A DNA stretch of 64,000 bases from Octopus sinensis (Eukaryota), in assembly GCF_006345805.1 (NCBI RefSeq), contig NC_043000.1, positions 134,416,001-134,480,000 of the forward strand, written 5' to 3'. A program made the position numbers and the translations under genes. Under the pieces are notes generated by a model. It was not told where the DNA came from. It was given only the letters and a program-made list of their open reading frames with translations, and did not search any database. Positions 1 through 12,305 of this stretch are shown piece by piece. How positions within the stretch are numbered: position 1 is the first letter of the stretch; each line of letters opens with the position of its first letter.

Positions 1-102
1 GCTATAGTAGAAGACACTTGCCCAAAGTGCCACGCAGTGGGACTGAACCCGGAACCATGTGGTTGGTAAACGAGCTACTTACCACACAGCCACTCCTGCG
101 CC
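1..102 (-). mobile_element. tRNA-derived SINE family A, 5' part
   Basis: Head GGCGCAGGAGTGGCTGTGTGGTAAG (A box)...GGTTCAGTCCC (B box), followed by a CORE-like segment (here ACTTTGGGCAAGTGTCTT). Confidence 0.9.
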
Positions 103-599
103 TTGACGAGAAAATTATATCAAAACAAGCATGAAACAGGAAAGATGTGGATAGATCATTAAAACTAATATATATATAAAATATTGAATGTAATAAAATA
201 CAAATTTCAACGTCACATCCACGCTGCTGTTTAAATAATGAATCCTGCTAACCATTTTCATCTATTGAATCTGATAACAATACTATATTTGCGTGATTTT
301 TTTCTTCTTGTTAAGGATTGCTGCAGATTTAATCTATGATTTTATCTGGAAATAAAATTACAGATTGAATAGTTAAATAACTGTATTGAGAAAATACCAG
401 GAGTTTTAGTTCAGTGACTTAAGAGGTACAGAAATTTCTTCCAAACTGCTCGTTTATCACATAAAATAGTGTGCATTATGTCTCCTACATTAATTATCAA
501 ACCCTCCACTGAATAATTTAATTGTTATATTCTGTTGCAAACATCCTTTTGAACACCTAATACCAAAGTGGATACCCTAAAGTTATATTTACTCCTCTA

Positions 600-735
600 C
601 ACTCATCACCACCACCACCATTATCATCATCATCATTACTACTACGACTACTACTACTACTACTACTACCCCCACCCCCCACCACCATCATCATCATCAC
701 CATCACCATCATCATCATCAACAACAACACTACCA
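600..735. repeat. Compound trinucleotide microsatellite (CAC/CAT/TAC)
   Basis: Directly visible; source of ORFs 557..745 and 568..750. Confidence 0.97.
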
Positions 736-1151
736 CCATTTTCATACTAATTTCCTAACTGGCTTAATCCTCTGTCATTCCATCTAAATATCTAATACTC
801 ACAGACCTAGCCTTCCTGCTTCCTCCGCTATACCTGCTGGTTTACCTCTACCGCAGGTATTCTTTCCTGTCAACTACTGACACTTGATACTCAGCATGTA
901 TCATCCATTTACATTTACGTTTACATACTTGTGTAAATAATTTTTGGCTTTGATGCCTGAATGACTTCTCAACTTGTTACCAGTCTGCCTTTTTGGTATT
1001 GGACATCCAACAGATCAGGCTTGGCTCCTATCCAACACAGAAACTTGAAGCATTTTCCAATGGGAGAGGTGACTGTTGAACATTCAGAATTAACCCTTTG
1101 TTTGCCCTATGTATTACATGTGATACACAAAAACCTATTTCCTTGGCATAA

Positions 1152-1654
1152 GACCTGTTGAGGCAAGTGAAATCGAAATTGAAATCAAATTCGATGACTG
1201 GCATCCATGCTAGTGGAGTGCTAAGAGTACCATACAAGCATGATCTTTACCAGAGCAACAAACTGGCCTCTGTGCCGATGGCACGTAAAAAGCACCATTT
1301 GAGCGTGATCATTACCTGCATTGCCTTACTGGCACTTGTGCTGGTGGCACATGAAAAAACATTTGAGCGAGATCGTTGCCAGTGCCTTTGGACTGGCTCC
1401 TGTGCCGGTGGCACATAAAAAATACCATTTGAGCATGGCCACTGCCAGTACCACTTGACTGGCCCTCATGCCGGTGGCACGTAAAAGCACTCACTACACT
1501 CTCGGAGTGGTTGGCGTTAGGAAGGGCATCCAGCTGTAGAAACTTTGCCAGATCAGATTGGAGTCTGGTGCAGCCATCTGGTTCACCAGACCTTAGTCAA
1601 ATCGTCCAACCCATGCTAGCATGGAAAGTGGACATTAAACGATAATGATGATGA
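1152..1654 (+). mobile_element. SINE-like family C (internal minisatellite, GGCGTTAGGAAGGGCATCCAGCTG motif, (GAT)n tail)
   Basis: Further copies at about 7021-7405(-), 7700-7900(+), 15928-16130(-), 24790-25150(+), 29030-29390(-), 30870-31175(+), 35441-35695(+), 39120-39310(-), 43222-43690(-), 45235-45780(-), 48910-49085(-), 56960-57295(-). Confidence 0.88.
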
Positions 1655-1982
1655 TTCCCAATTATTATCAACCACCACAGAAACTTGGGATTTATGAAAG
1701 GAAAGCTTTATCTTACTCAGAATGTATGAAACAAAGGCTAACTAAAAGTCTGAAAAACAAGCATGGACATTTATGAAAATGCTTTGGACAAAGGGTTAAG
1801 CTACTTGTCCATTGGTTGGCATTATATAGTAAGTAACCTTAAGGAAGAACATAATATATTCACTGCCAACTACTTAATACAACAATCACTTCTGAACCCT
1901 CCTTACACCCAGGGAACTTGAACCAACACAGGAGCCTCTAAGTAGTCACTCCATCTAGAAATAGCATATAAAATTTCCTTAA

Positions 1983-2202
1983 CGCTTTAGTGTTTAAACC
2001 GGCTATATCCAGCCCAAATATTCTACTCATTTTATGCTCAAACTGGCCAGAACCAGTATCTCACACATACCCTACAATGTCATGCTAAAAATAAACAATT
2101 ACATCTTTCAAATCTTGAAGCTACAAGATAATACCAGATTAATTTTTTTTTAATGTAAAATGAATAAGGATTACTTCTGACATTAATTTGAACACTAAAG
2201 GG
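1983..2202. mobile_element. piggyBac-like MITE, family P2
   Basis: TTAA-c(g)ctttag...ctaaaggg-TTAA. Confidence 0.8.
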
Positions 2203-2275
2203 TTAAATAACATTCTAGTCTTAAAAAGGAAAAGTCAAATTGAATGATGCAGTCCTAAATTTGCCCAATCAGGGG

Positions 2276-2587
2276 TCAGTCCTTTAAGGCTAAACAACAA
2301 ACGACAACTACAATCATTTCTGTCCAGTTTAGCCATAGCCCTATCCAAATTTGAATCATTATAAAAAGATAAACATCATCATAACCAAAACGTTTGTGAA
2401 GTAAATTATTTTTAATGGTTGAACTCAAAGTAGATAGAGCTACATATAACAGCATGTATAATATTGGGTTAAAGATATCCCTAGCATGGAAAAAGTCAAA
2501 GCTACTTGTGAGAAGTGAACCCACATCTTCAGTAAACATAACACGTGCTGACCATTCTACCAAAGTAACGATTTGAATTTTCTCCAT
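2276..2587 (-). CDS. Putative small hydrophobic ORF, copy A of an inverted paralogous pair
   Basis: 103-codon ORF in about 70% AT DNA. Residues 39-84 align without gaps to ORF 3371..3559 (18/46 identical by hand count). Function unknown. Confidence 0.3.
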   Translation of the reverse strand: MEKIQIVTLVEWSARVMFTEDVGSLLTSSFDFFHARDIFNPILYMLLYVALSTLSSTIKNNLLHKRFGYDDVYLFIMIQIWIGLWLNWTEMIVVVVCCLALKD

Positions 2588-2750
2588 CTGTTTTAGAAGC
2601 TTTGTTGTTACCAGTGAGAATTGTAAGATGATTTACATAAGAATTTACAAATTTCTAGAGATACAAAGTAAATTGCAAATAGAATTATAAGTTTCCACTA
2701 CATATTGACTATAGAAAATAGTCTAAAAAGTTAAGACAAACAATTACAAA

Positions 2751-3049
2751 TGAATGACCATGGGGTTACACCTAGAAAGTTACCCTCCGAGGCACAAGTC
2801 CAAGCAAAGTTGTTTTATGGAAGACCAGCAGTCAACCATACATACCAGCCTCTCTTCTCTACGCCACCAATGTTATCCAAGGGAAAGGCAAAGGCCAATA
2901 CAGTTTGGCACCAGTGACATCACAACTCATTTCTACATGAAATAAAGTGTCTTGCTGAAGAACACAACACACAGCATGGTCTGGGAACCAAACTCACTAT
3001 CTCATGATTGTAAGCCTGGTGCTCTAACCACTGAGCCATGTGCCTTCAC
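2751..3049 (-). mobile_element. tRNA-derived SINE family D
   Basis: Head GTGAAGGCACATGGCTCAGTGGTTAGAGC; flanked by a 12-bp duplication AAAATAGTCTAA (2715-2726, 3053-3064). Related copies at about 37915-38110(+) and 39685-39930(-). Confidence 0.88.
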
Positions 3050-3370
3050 TGAAAAATAGTCTAATATTAGGGTATTTAAACCCTCACAACAGAAAAAAGA
3101 TAACGGACATTAGTATGCATAGGAACTGAATCCACACCCCTTATTTTGCCCATTTTTTTCACTGTTATAGGAGTCTATAAGCCCTAATATTAGACTTATT
3201 TTCTACAGTTAATAAACGGAGAAAGCTTATAATTCTATTTAGAAAAGTTTCACTCACCACCATTTTCTAATTAACACATGTTTACATAAATTATTTTTAA
3301 TGATGTAACCTGAACAAGATAAAGCTGTAAATAATAGCTTGTAGGATACTGGGTAAAAAAAAAACATCCT

Positions 3371-3559
3371 TTGAATGGATTTTCTGAGAGCCTTTTTAGC
3401 CCAATATTCTACATGTTATTACTTATAACTTTATCTACTTCAGGCTTCACTGTTAAAGATAATCTCTTGAATTTTCTAAATTCTTATAATGAAAAGGTTT
3501 TTGATCTTAATGTGAAGCTGGAGATTGCTCTTACATCAAGTTTATTATTGAATGTATGA
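3371..3559 (+). CDS. Putative small hydrophobic ORF, copy B of an inverted paralogous pair
   Basis: Homologous to 2276..2587 in the same frame, with a conserved ATG (3413 vs 2455) followed by a signal-peptide-like stretch MLLLITLSTSG. Confidence 0.3.
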   Translation: MNGFSESLFSPIFYMLLLITLSTSGFTVKDNLLNFLNSYNEKVFDLNVKLEIALTSSLLLNV

Positions 3560-3755
3560 TGAAAATGCCAGCAACAGATATCATCATAGAATCCCCCACA
3601 AAACATATACTGCAGACATGAAACTGGGCTCACTGATTAGGCCAAATGCATTTAATCAATAAATCAAACATCCAGGGGGGGGGGGGGGTAGACTTTTAAC
3701 TTCAATTATCAAATTTCTCTAGGGCAGGATTGAAATAACAGAGAGGGGGGAGGAG

Positions 3756-3796
<41 letters not shown>

Positions 3797-4007
3797 GTGC
3801 TGTAAGAGAATTCATGTCACATTTTGAGAACAAAATAGCACTGTTGGTTACAGGTTTCCAGTAGACCATACATGAATTCACTGAATTTATGATGGCAAAA
3901 GTAAAAAAAGGAGGCACCTATGCAAGTTGGTGGAACAAATACCACACAGGAAATTTATGTTTGAAAGCAATAATTTATTGTTGATGTTCACATCTTTTGC
4001 TAATATA

Positions 4008-5285
4008 TTGAGTCATCTCATAAATAATGCAGTTTTTTCAACTGCATAAACTAAAAGTTGGAGGGGAGTGCGATAAACTACCTGCATCAATTTGCTATAA
4101 AAGCAGGTAGTAATTTTACCTTGTACTTATTCTTAGTGCAAATTTTGAAGAGTGCAGTTCAATTTTAATAGTTATTTTTTTCTAACCTATAATTGAAGTG
4201 ACAAAGGAGCACATTCAGCATATTTTGTTTTATGAGTTCAATAAAGACAACAATGCAACAGAAAGTACAAGGAATATTAATGCAGTATATGGAGATCAGA
4301 CAATAAGCATGAGCCAGTGTCAATGGTGGTTTCAGAAATTCCAAGCAGGAAACTACAGCCTTGTCCTGGAAGATCTGTAGAGCTTGACAAAGACATCTGC
4401 AAACCCTGGTGGAACAAAATCCCATCGTAACTGTTGAGAAACTAGCAGAGAAGCTTGGATGTGGTCATTCAACCATTCATCAACACCTGCATGCCATCAG
4501 TGAAGTCATCAAACTGGGTCAATGGATTCTTCACAAACCTTCTGAGTTTAATTGTGTGCAAAGAATGAACGTGTGCTTTTCTTTGCTGTTGCGTCTCACA
4601 AATGAACCTTTTTTGGACCGAATAGTGACTTGTGACAAGAAATGGGCTCTCTATAAAAATTTCAAACACCAAAGACAGTGGGTAGGGAGAGGAGAAACAC
4701 CAGCACCCCAGGCTAAAGAAGGTCTTCAGCCACATAAGGTGTTGTTATCTGTTTGGTGGGATATGAAAGGTTTAGTCCACTTTGAACTTTTAAACCCAAA
4801 CCAAACGATAATGAAGGAGATCTACTGTAAGCAGCTTAAGTCAGTGCTAGAAGAAAAACGACCATCTTTGGTTTCAAGACAAAAGGTGTTCTTCCATCAG
4901 GATAATGCTTGGCCACATACAACAAGGATGACATTTTGAGGAGTAGTTTGAACTGCAAGGAGCAGTTTGGATGGGAAACAATGCCCCACCCACCATATTC
5001 GCCAGACATTGCCCCATCTGATTATCATTTATTCTGCAGTCTTCAAAATCATTTGGACGGAAAAAATATTAATTCTGTAGACAAGGTCAGAACAGTACTG
5101 GAGGAGTATTTTTTTGTCACAGACAAGTGAATTTTGGAAGAAGGACCTTGCAAGTCTACCAGATAGATGGAAGAGCATTGTAGAAAATGAAGGAGAGTGT
5201 ATTTCAGATTAAAAAAGAACTTTATCTTAATTTAGAAAAATAAAAGAAGTATTTAAAAAACCACATTATTTATGGGATGACTCAA
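4008..5285 (+). mobile_element. Full-length mariner (Tc1/mariner) DNA transposon, inactive
   Basis: TIRs TTGAGTCATC(T/C)CATAAATAATG at both ends, TA target duplications (4006-4007, 5286-5287), 1278 bp length typical of mariner. Confidence 0.96.
4192..5212 (+). pseudogene. Mariner transposase pseudogene
   Basis: Motifs FLDRIVTCDKKW, KVLLSVWWDMKG, FHQDNAWPH and HPPYSPDIAPSDYHLF are split across ORFs 4198..4380, 4409..4939 and 4909..5130 by stops and frameshifts; the start codon is mutated. Confidence 0.93.
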
Positions 5286-6704
5286 TAATCAAAGTAACAT
5301 ACACACACAAGGGTTTTATAAAATCCCACTAACAAGGTATTGGTCAACATTTAGGCTATTAGTAGAAGACATTCCCTCAAGGTTCCATTCAGTGGGATTG
5401 AACCTGAGACTATATATATGGAAGCCAAGAGTGGTGGAGATGCTTATATTCTGTGTATTTGCACGAAAACGGTGGGCAAAATCGGTTATTTATTGACATG
5501 CCCTGTCAACAATTTACTTCAAAGCTCAGTACTTTCAAAGATAAGTAGAATAAAAAAAATTCATAACTGGAAAACCAGTTAAGAGTTAACAACAGCAAGG
5601 GCATCAAGTTGTAAAGCAATGCTTCTAAATATATTTGTCCCACCCAACTAGAATGGAAAAATGAACATAAAATAAGCAAAGGAACAATTAGTCGAAAAAC
5701 TAATTAAAAGAGCATCTTTAATGCTAATAAACAAAAGGAAAAATAAAAACAAATAAAAGTACTTTAGGAATTCTGCAACTTAAGCCTTTCAACCTTATGC
5801 ATTTTACAGAAACTGCCTGACTAAGTTTACTTATTTCTTTTCCAGTACTTTAATTCACATTACAACCTAAGATCATACCACAGGGGAAAGTTGCACATGA
5901 TTTGCTAGTATTTACTGAGAAAAAAAGTAACCTTTTCAAGATATCAAATTACTCTATGCCTTTTACTCTGCAGAACCCTAACATTGAGGGAAGTACTAAT
6001 TATTAAGGTCCCCAGCATCTGTAGTATTCTATTATTAACTGGAATTTCGACACAGCTTGGAGCAAAAGAGGCTGATCCAATTCCAATTGCCTACTGACAT
6101 ATCATTTTTCTCTCGGGGTCTCTTGTCTTCTGTTACTGGGCTTTTATTGTGTGTTTGTTTTTCTCATTCAACTTTTACAGCCTCACATTGGTATCTATAA
6201 TGAAGAGTCATGATTCTTGAGTTAGATTTTAGAAATGGAAATGAAGCAGTTGATTGAAACTTCATTGAAACTTTCTCACTTAAGTTTTCTCTTTCTAATA
6301 TCTACTTACATATTCCAAAAAATTTTGAAGGAATAATATGGTAATGTCTCTAACAAAATTGAAATGTTTAGAAACTATTTTTTACTTAACTTCATTTCTG
6401 TTTACTCTCTCCTTCTCTCTCCCCCTCCCCCTCCTGCTCTATCTCTCCCTCCCTCCCCCTCTCTCTCTCACACACACATTATACTTTTACAAAGAGTGGT
6501 GATAGTGACTTTGAAGTTTTGGCCCACAAGCTTTCATCAGACAGTCTGACAAAAAAATGCAGGCCGAAATTATGAAATTAGTAAACCCCTCTTCTTGTAA
6601 AAGCATAATAAATACGTGCCCTACAAAAAATGTTCAGTAATTTTTCAGTTTAATGTCAAATTGTTTCTATTATAACTTAACAGAAAAACTATATACTAGA
6701 CTAC

Positions 6705-7690
6705 CGGTGACCCCGTTGAGTCACTGATGGTTCAGGTTGTAAAACATTGAAGCTGATTTCAACATTGCATTGAAATGAAAGTTAATTTGATGGTGATTCA
6801 GTTAAATATTTCAATTCGTTCATGTCATCGTAGGTCTGGTTTACAAGTTCATGTTTAAGGTTTTATTGATTATTTACAGCATCTAATAGAAATAGAACTT
6901 CCGAGATAAACTTGAACTCCAGCAACAGCATTTATTTATGGCATGTGTGCACACTTCTACAAAAATGCAAAAGTAATTGTTATATAATGCAAACATAAAA
7001 TTAATGGAAACAAATTTCACGGTATTATATCATCATCATCATCATCATCATTTAACGTCCGCTTTCCATGCTAGCATGGGTTGGACGGTTCAACTGGGGT
7101 CTGGGAAGCCCGAAGGCTGCACCAGGCCAGTCAAATCTGGCAGTGTTTCTACAGCTGGATGCCCTTCCTAACGCCAACCACTCCGTGAGTGTAGTGGGTG
7201 CTTTTTATGTGCCACCGACACAGGTGCCAGACGAGACTGGCGAACGGCCACGCTCAGATGGTGTTTTTTATGTGCCACCGACACAGGTGCCAGACGAGGC
7301 TGGCGAACGACCACGCTCGGATGGTGTTTTTTATGTGCCACCGACACAGGTGCCAGACGAGGCTGGCGAACGACCACGCTTGGATGGTGTTTTTTATGTG
7401 CCAAGAGTGGCCATTCGCCAGCCTATATATATTCCCATTTCAGAGTTATGTTACTTTTGGTGTATTTTCCCATTATGTGCCGTTTTGACTATTTATGAAG
7501 GTACCCCAAAACAACCGCGTATCTCAGGAATCCATAGTCCGATTTATGCGAAACTTTTTTATTCCGTTTGTATTCACATTTCAGGGGTACCATACGTTCA
7601 GAGTATTTTCCCATTATGCACCAGTTTGGCTGTATTAAATTACAGACAAGTACGCAAGCAAGCAATCACAGAGTTGTAGTAGTATATAGA
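6705..7690 (+). mobile_element. Helitron/Helentron-like non-autonomous element with a nested SINE
   Basis: Begins TACTAGAC with a short hairpin GTGAC-cccgttga-GTCAC; ends ACAGAC...GTAGTATATAGAC; SINE inserted at about 7021-7405. Confidence 0.5.
7195..7405. repeat. Three to four tandem units of about 57 bp inside a family C SINE
   Basis: Unit GGTGTTTTTTATGTGCCACCGACACAGGTGCCAGACGAGGCTGGCGAACGACCACGCTCGGAT. Confidence 0.9.
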
Positions 7691-7903
7691 CGGTAACCTT
7701 ACCAGTACTGGTGTCACGTAAAAAGCACCCAGTACACTGTAAAATGGTGAATGTTAGGAAGGGCATCCAGCTGTAGAAACTATGCCAAAGCAGACCGTAG
7801 AGCTTGGCATAGTCAGTACTCTGGCTTGCAAACTCTTGTCAAACTGTCCAACCGATGCCAGCATGGAAGACTGATGTTAAATGATGATGATGATGATGAT
7901 ATA

Positions 7904-8307
7904 CAGAAACGTTGGCACGCCGGACAAAATGCTTAGCGATATTTCATCTACCTTTACGTTCTGAGTTCAAATTATGCCGAGGTCGACTTTGCCTTTCATC
8001 CTTTCGGGGTTGATAAATAAAGTACCAGTTACGCACTGGGGTCAATGTAATTGACTTAATCTCTTTGTCTGTCCTTGTTTGTCCCCTCTATGTTTAGCCC
8101 CTTGTGGGTAGTAAAGAAATAAGTATTTCGTTTGCCGCTACGTTCTGAGTTCCAATTCCACCAAGGTCGACTTTGCCTTTCAGCCTTTCAGGGTCGATAA
8201 ATAAAGTACCAGTTACGCACTGGGGTCGATGTAATTGACTTAAATCTCTTTGTCTGTCCTTGTTTGTCCCCTCTATGTTTAGCCCCTTGTGGGCAATAAA
8301 GAAATAG
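7904..8307 (+). mobile_element. SINE family B, internally dimerised
   Basis: Central GGTCGACTTTGCCTTTCATCCTTTCGGGGTCGATAAA motif (Meta-domain-like, from memory); the 3' two-thirds is repeated in tandem. Confidence 0.88.
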
Positions 8308-8667
8308 ATATACAACCCTTATTCACAACTAAATTCAGGAACTGAAATCATGCTAAATATCTTCCATTCAAAGCTAAAAAACAATAAATAAATAAAATAC
8401 TAGCGACCAAAGAAACTAGTGCTTATCTTGTATTTAATAAGGAAGTTAACCTTAACATCAAAATTCACCTCTTTTCGGAGCACAGGAGCTTATCTTACTT
8501 CACCAATTTCATTATCTTCAAATAGTCTAACTTGTTGAATAATCACTCATACTGACAAACATTAACACCTCTTCTTCGAGGAATGGCTAATAAAGAAGCA
8601 TCTATATAGATAGTATAGTCACACAACACTTTAAAAAAAAAAAAAAACTATCTTTAAAACCTGCCTC

Positions 8668-9056
8668 GTGGCTGTGTGGTAAGTAGCTTGCTAACCAACC
8701 ACATGGTTCCGGGTTCAGTCCCACTGCATGGCATCTTGGGCAAGTGCCTTCTGCTATAGCCCCGGACCGACCAATGCCTTGTGAGTGGATTTGGTAGACG
8801 GAAATTGAAAGAAGCCTGTCGTATATATGTATATATATGTATATGTGTGTATGTGTGTGTGTTTGTCCCCCTAGCATTGCTTGACAACCGATGCTGGTGT
8901 GTTTACGTCCCCATCACTTAGCGGTTTGGCAAAAGAGACCAACAGAATAAGTACTGGGCTTACAAAGAATAAGTTCCGGGGTTGATTTGCTCGACTAAAG
9001 GCGGTGCTCCAGCATGGCTGCAGTCAAATGACTGAAACAAGTAGAAGAGTAGAAGA
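8668..9056 (+). mobile_element. SINE family A, near full length
   Basis: A/B boxes, central (TA)/(TG)n, tail of AAGAGT-type repeats. Confidence 0.92.
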
Positions 9057-9529
9057 GAGAACATATTTTATTTCGAAAATTTCAATACAATGTGCTCACA
9101 ATAAATAATCTATTTATTCCTGCAACACTAGTAAGCAACTAACCCCTTCTTCCTCATGACATAAAACCAATGTCATTATTGGAAGAAATTTTTACATTCT
9201 GAGCTCAAATCTTGCTGAGGACAACTTTGCCTGTCATCATTTCAGGTTGATAAAATATAGGCGTAGGAGTGGCTGTGTGGTAAGAAGCTTGCTTACCAAC
9301 CATATGGTTCCAGGTTCAGTCCTACTGCATGGCACCTTGACTTCCCTTTCTCACCAAAACTACTGGCCTTGTACCAAAAATTAGGAAGAATTATTTGAAC
9401 TGCTCGTATTACTTTTTTTATTTTTTATTTTATTTTACTCAGTGCAACTAGAGGAAGAGGTGTAGCCATGATCTTTGCAGGCTCATCAAGACTGGTGTGG
9501 TTAGTACTGTTAATATTTAGCTTAAATTA

Positions 9530-9900
9530 TTTCAATTAAGACATGACCCACAAGGAGATTCCAGTGGGAAAATATTGTGAGGAGAAAAGACTGGGAATAG
9601 TAGCTCATGCAGGGCTGTGGAGAGAGGGGTAGCATTCTTGTGGGTAAGGGACTAGACTTATGATTGAATACCAATCAGTAAAGACTTCTTCTCTCTGGGT
9701 GCAGCCCAGGATGTCTGTGCATGTAGCAGTAGCACCATTCCCATAATCCATTTTGCACCTCACTTGAGCTTTGCAAAGTATCAGCAGCTGTTGGGAGAGA
9801 AATACCTTCTGCTCCTGAAGAGAAGGACTAATCTTAGGGATGTGCTGCTATGCAAAGGATGTGCTTTTGCTAGGAGAGATCCTAAGTGCTGATGGCCCTG
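9530..9900 (-). mobile_element. Old CR1/L2/Jockey-group LINE remnant
   Basis: Minus strand reads QQLLILCKAQVRCKMDY..., resembling the LLxLYKAQVRPxMEYC motif; GC-richer than the flanks. Confidence 0.55.
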
Positions 9901-12072
9901 TGCCAAAATTTGAAAGATTATTTGAACAAATCATTGGTGCTTCAGATAGCATGGGTTGCTGCATTTCTTTCAATGTTCTATGCTCTGAGTTCAAACCCTG
10001 CCAAGGTCAATTTTGCCTTTTGTCCTTTCGGGATTGATAAAACAAAGTATCAGTCAAGTATTTAGAGCCACTGCTAAGTACAGCATCACTAGTTTTCTTG
10101 GATTCTACTATTTTACTGTTAAATAAAGAATACCCAAGGCTCAAACATTTACCAAACATTCAGAACTCTCCAGATCTTCTTGAATGTAATTTCTTTTTAC
10201 TAGAAATAATAACTTGTGAATAAAATATGATATACAGAAACTGTAAGCAAAAACTTGTCACTTGTGTAGTGGTGCATCAAATTGTCCCTTTACAGCAAAA
10301 AATCAAAAGAAGTAAAATGGAGCTATAGAATAAAGATAAGGCAATCACTTCAGTATCAGACTAAAATAAGTCCTATTAATATGACCAAGTAAAATATTTT
10401 AAAAGGTGATGCCTTAGCATGGCCACAAATAATGGAATAAAAAGAAGTGCTGTCTATATATATATATGGAGCATAATGAAATTATGGAAATGTACGTTGA
10501 AACAATTTTTCTATATGCTTTCATGTTTAGGGTAGACAATAGAAAAAATTCCTAAAGAATGAACTAGAAAAAGTTGTATATTCAGATGTAGTCATACTGA
10601 TATCTGTTTTTTTTTTTAGCTACCTTTTAGGATCTCCATTATACCCTCTTTTTTTTTCTTTTTTGTTTCAAACTGAAGCATACCATCTACTTTGTCTCTT
10701 TATTTTTTGTCTCTCTCATCTTTATCTTTACATTAACAACAAATCATTTCCTTCTGAAGTTTATATGCGTTAAAAAAAACCATAAGCGGCCTCAAGTGTA
10801 ATGTGATATAATATAGTTCTAAAGTCCATGGCAAGACAAATACATTATAATAGTATATGGCTGTAGTGTAAGTGTAGTGTAGTAGAGGGGCCTATATTGC
10901 CTTTGCTTTCATTAAATGCATGAAGGGATCATCCAAGTGACAAAATGTATATAACAAAGATGTTTAACATAGTGCACTACTACTGCGAATAAAAGTTATC
11001 CGATGTACTAAAGTTTAAAAGAGAGAAACGATAGGCAGGGAAGGAAAAATAAATACTTTTATAATGGTTATTTATAGTGTGTAACTGGAAAAACAATTAG
11101 AGTAATTCAAATTTGTGAGAGCAATTTTGCCATCATATAAATGAGCTATGTTGTTTAGTATAATTTAGAATTTGTTGTTAAAAAACATACGAATAGATTG
11201 ATAAATAATAAGTTAGTAACTTGAAGCAGTACAATTATAACTGAACAATAATTTTTATAAGGTCATTTAACAAAAGTGGAATACTGTGTTTACAAATTAA
11301 TCTGTGAAAGAATTTTTTAAAATCTATTAAACTGAAAAGATGATAATGGTAAGTGCCAATCTCAGGTTAGAAATCTCATGTGGAACTAATGTCAAACTAA
11401 AGTGAGTTGGTGCTTAAGGCTAAAACTTTCTCAGACTTCAGAACTAATATTGAATTCTAATACTGGCACAAGGCCAAGACTTTTCTCTTTTTTTTTATTT
11501 TTGTCTCTTTTTCATTTCCTTTTCTTTCTTTGCATGTGGGTGTGTGGGGGGCATAGTTGATTAAATCAATACCAGCACTTGACTTTATTTTATTAAAGTT
11601 GCAAATAGTGGATTTTAAAGAATTAATATTAAAACAATAAGAAAAACAAACTTAAATTTTCAACCAAACTTTACACAAGGAAGTAGAGCGAAGATTCTGT
11701 TTTAAACAGATATATAAATAATTTCTCATCTTAATATATTATACTGGGCCTGATTGCACTGAGACTGCAAGATATTGCATCAAACACATGAAAGGTATTA
11801 CAATTAATAATAGCAATGGTATTACTGATGGTGCTGCAAACAAATACCATCCTAATCAGTTATATACGTTTTTCTATGCTTGTATAGGTTAAACAGGTCT
11901 TCTGCAGAATAATGACTCACTACCTGTCATTGTTATCATCTCCATTATAAGAGCTTTACATCTTCAGACCAGCCTTCACTACCACTGACTATGTTTTCTA
12001 TGTTTTCTTTCCATTTGACAATCATCACAGCACTTCTTTACCCAACAGTCACCATTCATATGCATTATATAT

Positions 12073-12305
12073 CTATTTCTTTACTACCCACAAGGGGCCA
12101 AATACAGAGAGGACAAACAAGGACAGACAAACGGAGTAAGTCGATTACATCGACCCCAGTGCGTAACTGGTACTTAATTTATCGACCCCGAAAGGATGAA
12201 AGGCAAAGTCGACCTCGGCGGAATTTGAACTCAGAACGTAGCGGCAGACAAAATACGGCTATGCATTTCGCCCAGCGTGCTAACGTTTCTGCCAGCTCGC
12301 CACCC
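12073..12305 (-). mobile_element. SINE family B, full copy
   Basis: tRNA-like head (CGAGCTGGCAGAAACGTTAGC...GAGTTCAAATTCC) and the central motif. Confidence 0.9.

Noticed and set aside
1-102. tRNA-like sequences at SINE heads
   Set aside because: They have A/B boxes but no complete cloverleaf and continue into SINE bodies; not tRNA genes.
557-750. ORFs rich in poly-H/Y/M/V (also 19503-19764, 20181-20582, 23403-23624, 25054-25287, 34290-34665, 57856-58107, 59883-60137)
   Set aside because: They are translations of microsatellites, which are stop-free by construction.
828-860. Hairpin ATACCTGC...GCAGGTAT and exon-like signals around 800-860
   Set aside because: The stem is only about 11 bp with unpaired flanks (too short for a pre-miRNA); acceptors are weak and the peptides are unrecognisable.
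3675-3688. Poly-G run (also about 14070)
   Set aside because: Simple homopolymer of uncertain length; G-quadruplex potential is generic.
6150-6230. Strong plus-strand acceptor (tttctcattcaacttttacag|); similar ones at 22143 and 61610
   Set aside because: Downstream frames close within about 25 codons and no matching donors or partner exons were found; no evidence for a nested plus-strand gene.
7068-7679. 203-aa ORF with 19-aa repeats; superficially CRISPR-like periodicity
   Set aside because: Internal minisatellite of SINE family C; units abut without unique spacers, the genome is eukaryotic and there are no cas genes.
8497-8602. Minus-strand AG...GAA|gtaag exon-like segment (DASLLAIPRRRGVNVCQYE* / IIQQVRLFEDNEIGE)
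   Set aside because: All three frames from the plausible acceptors hit stops and there is no RAPGEF similarity. Rescue would need stop-codon editing, for which I have no evidence.
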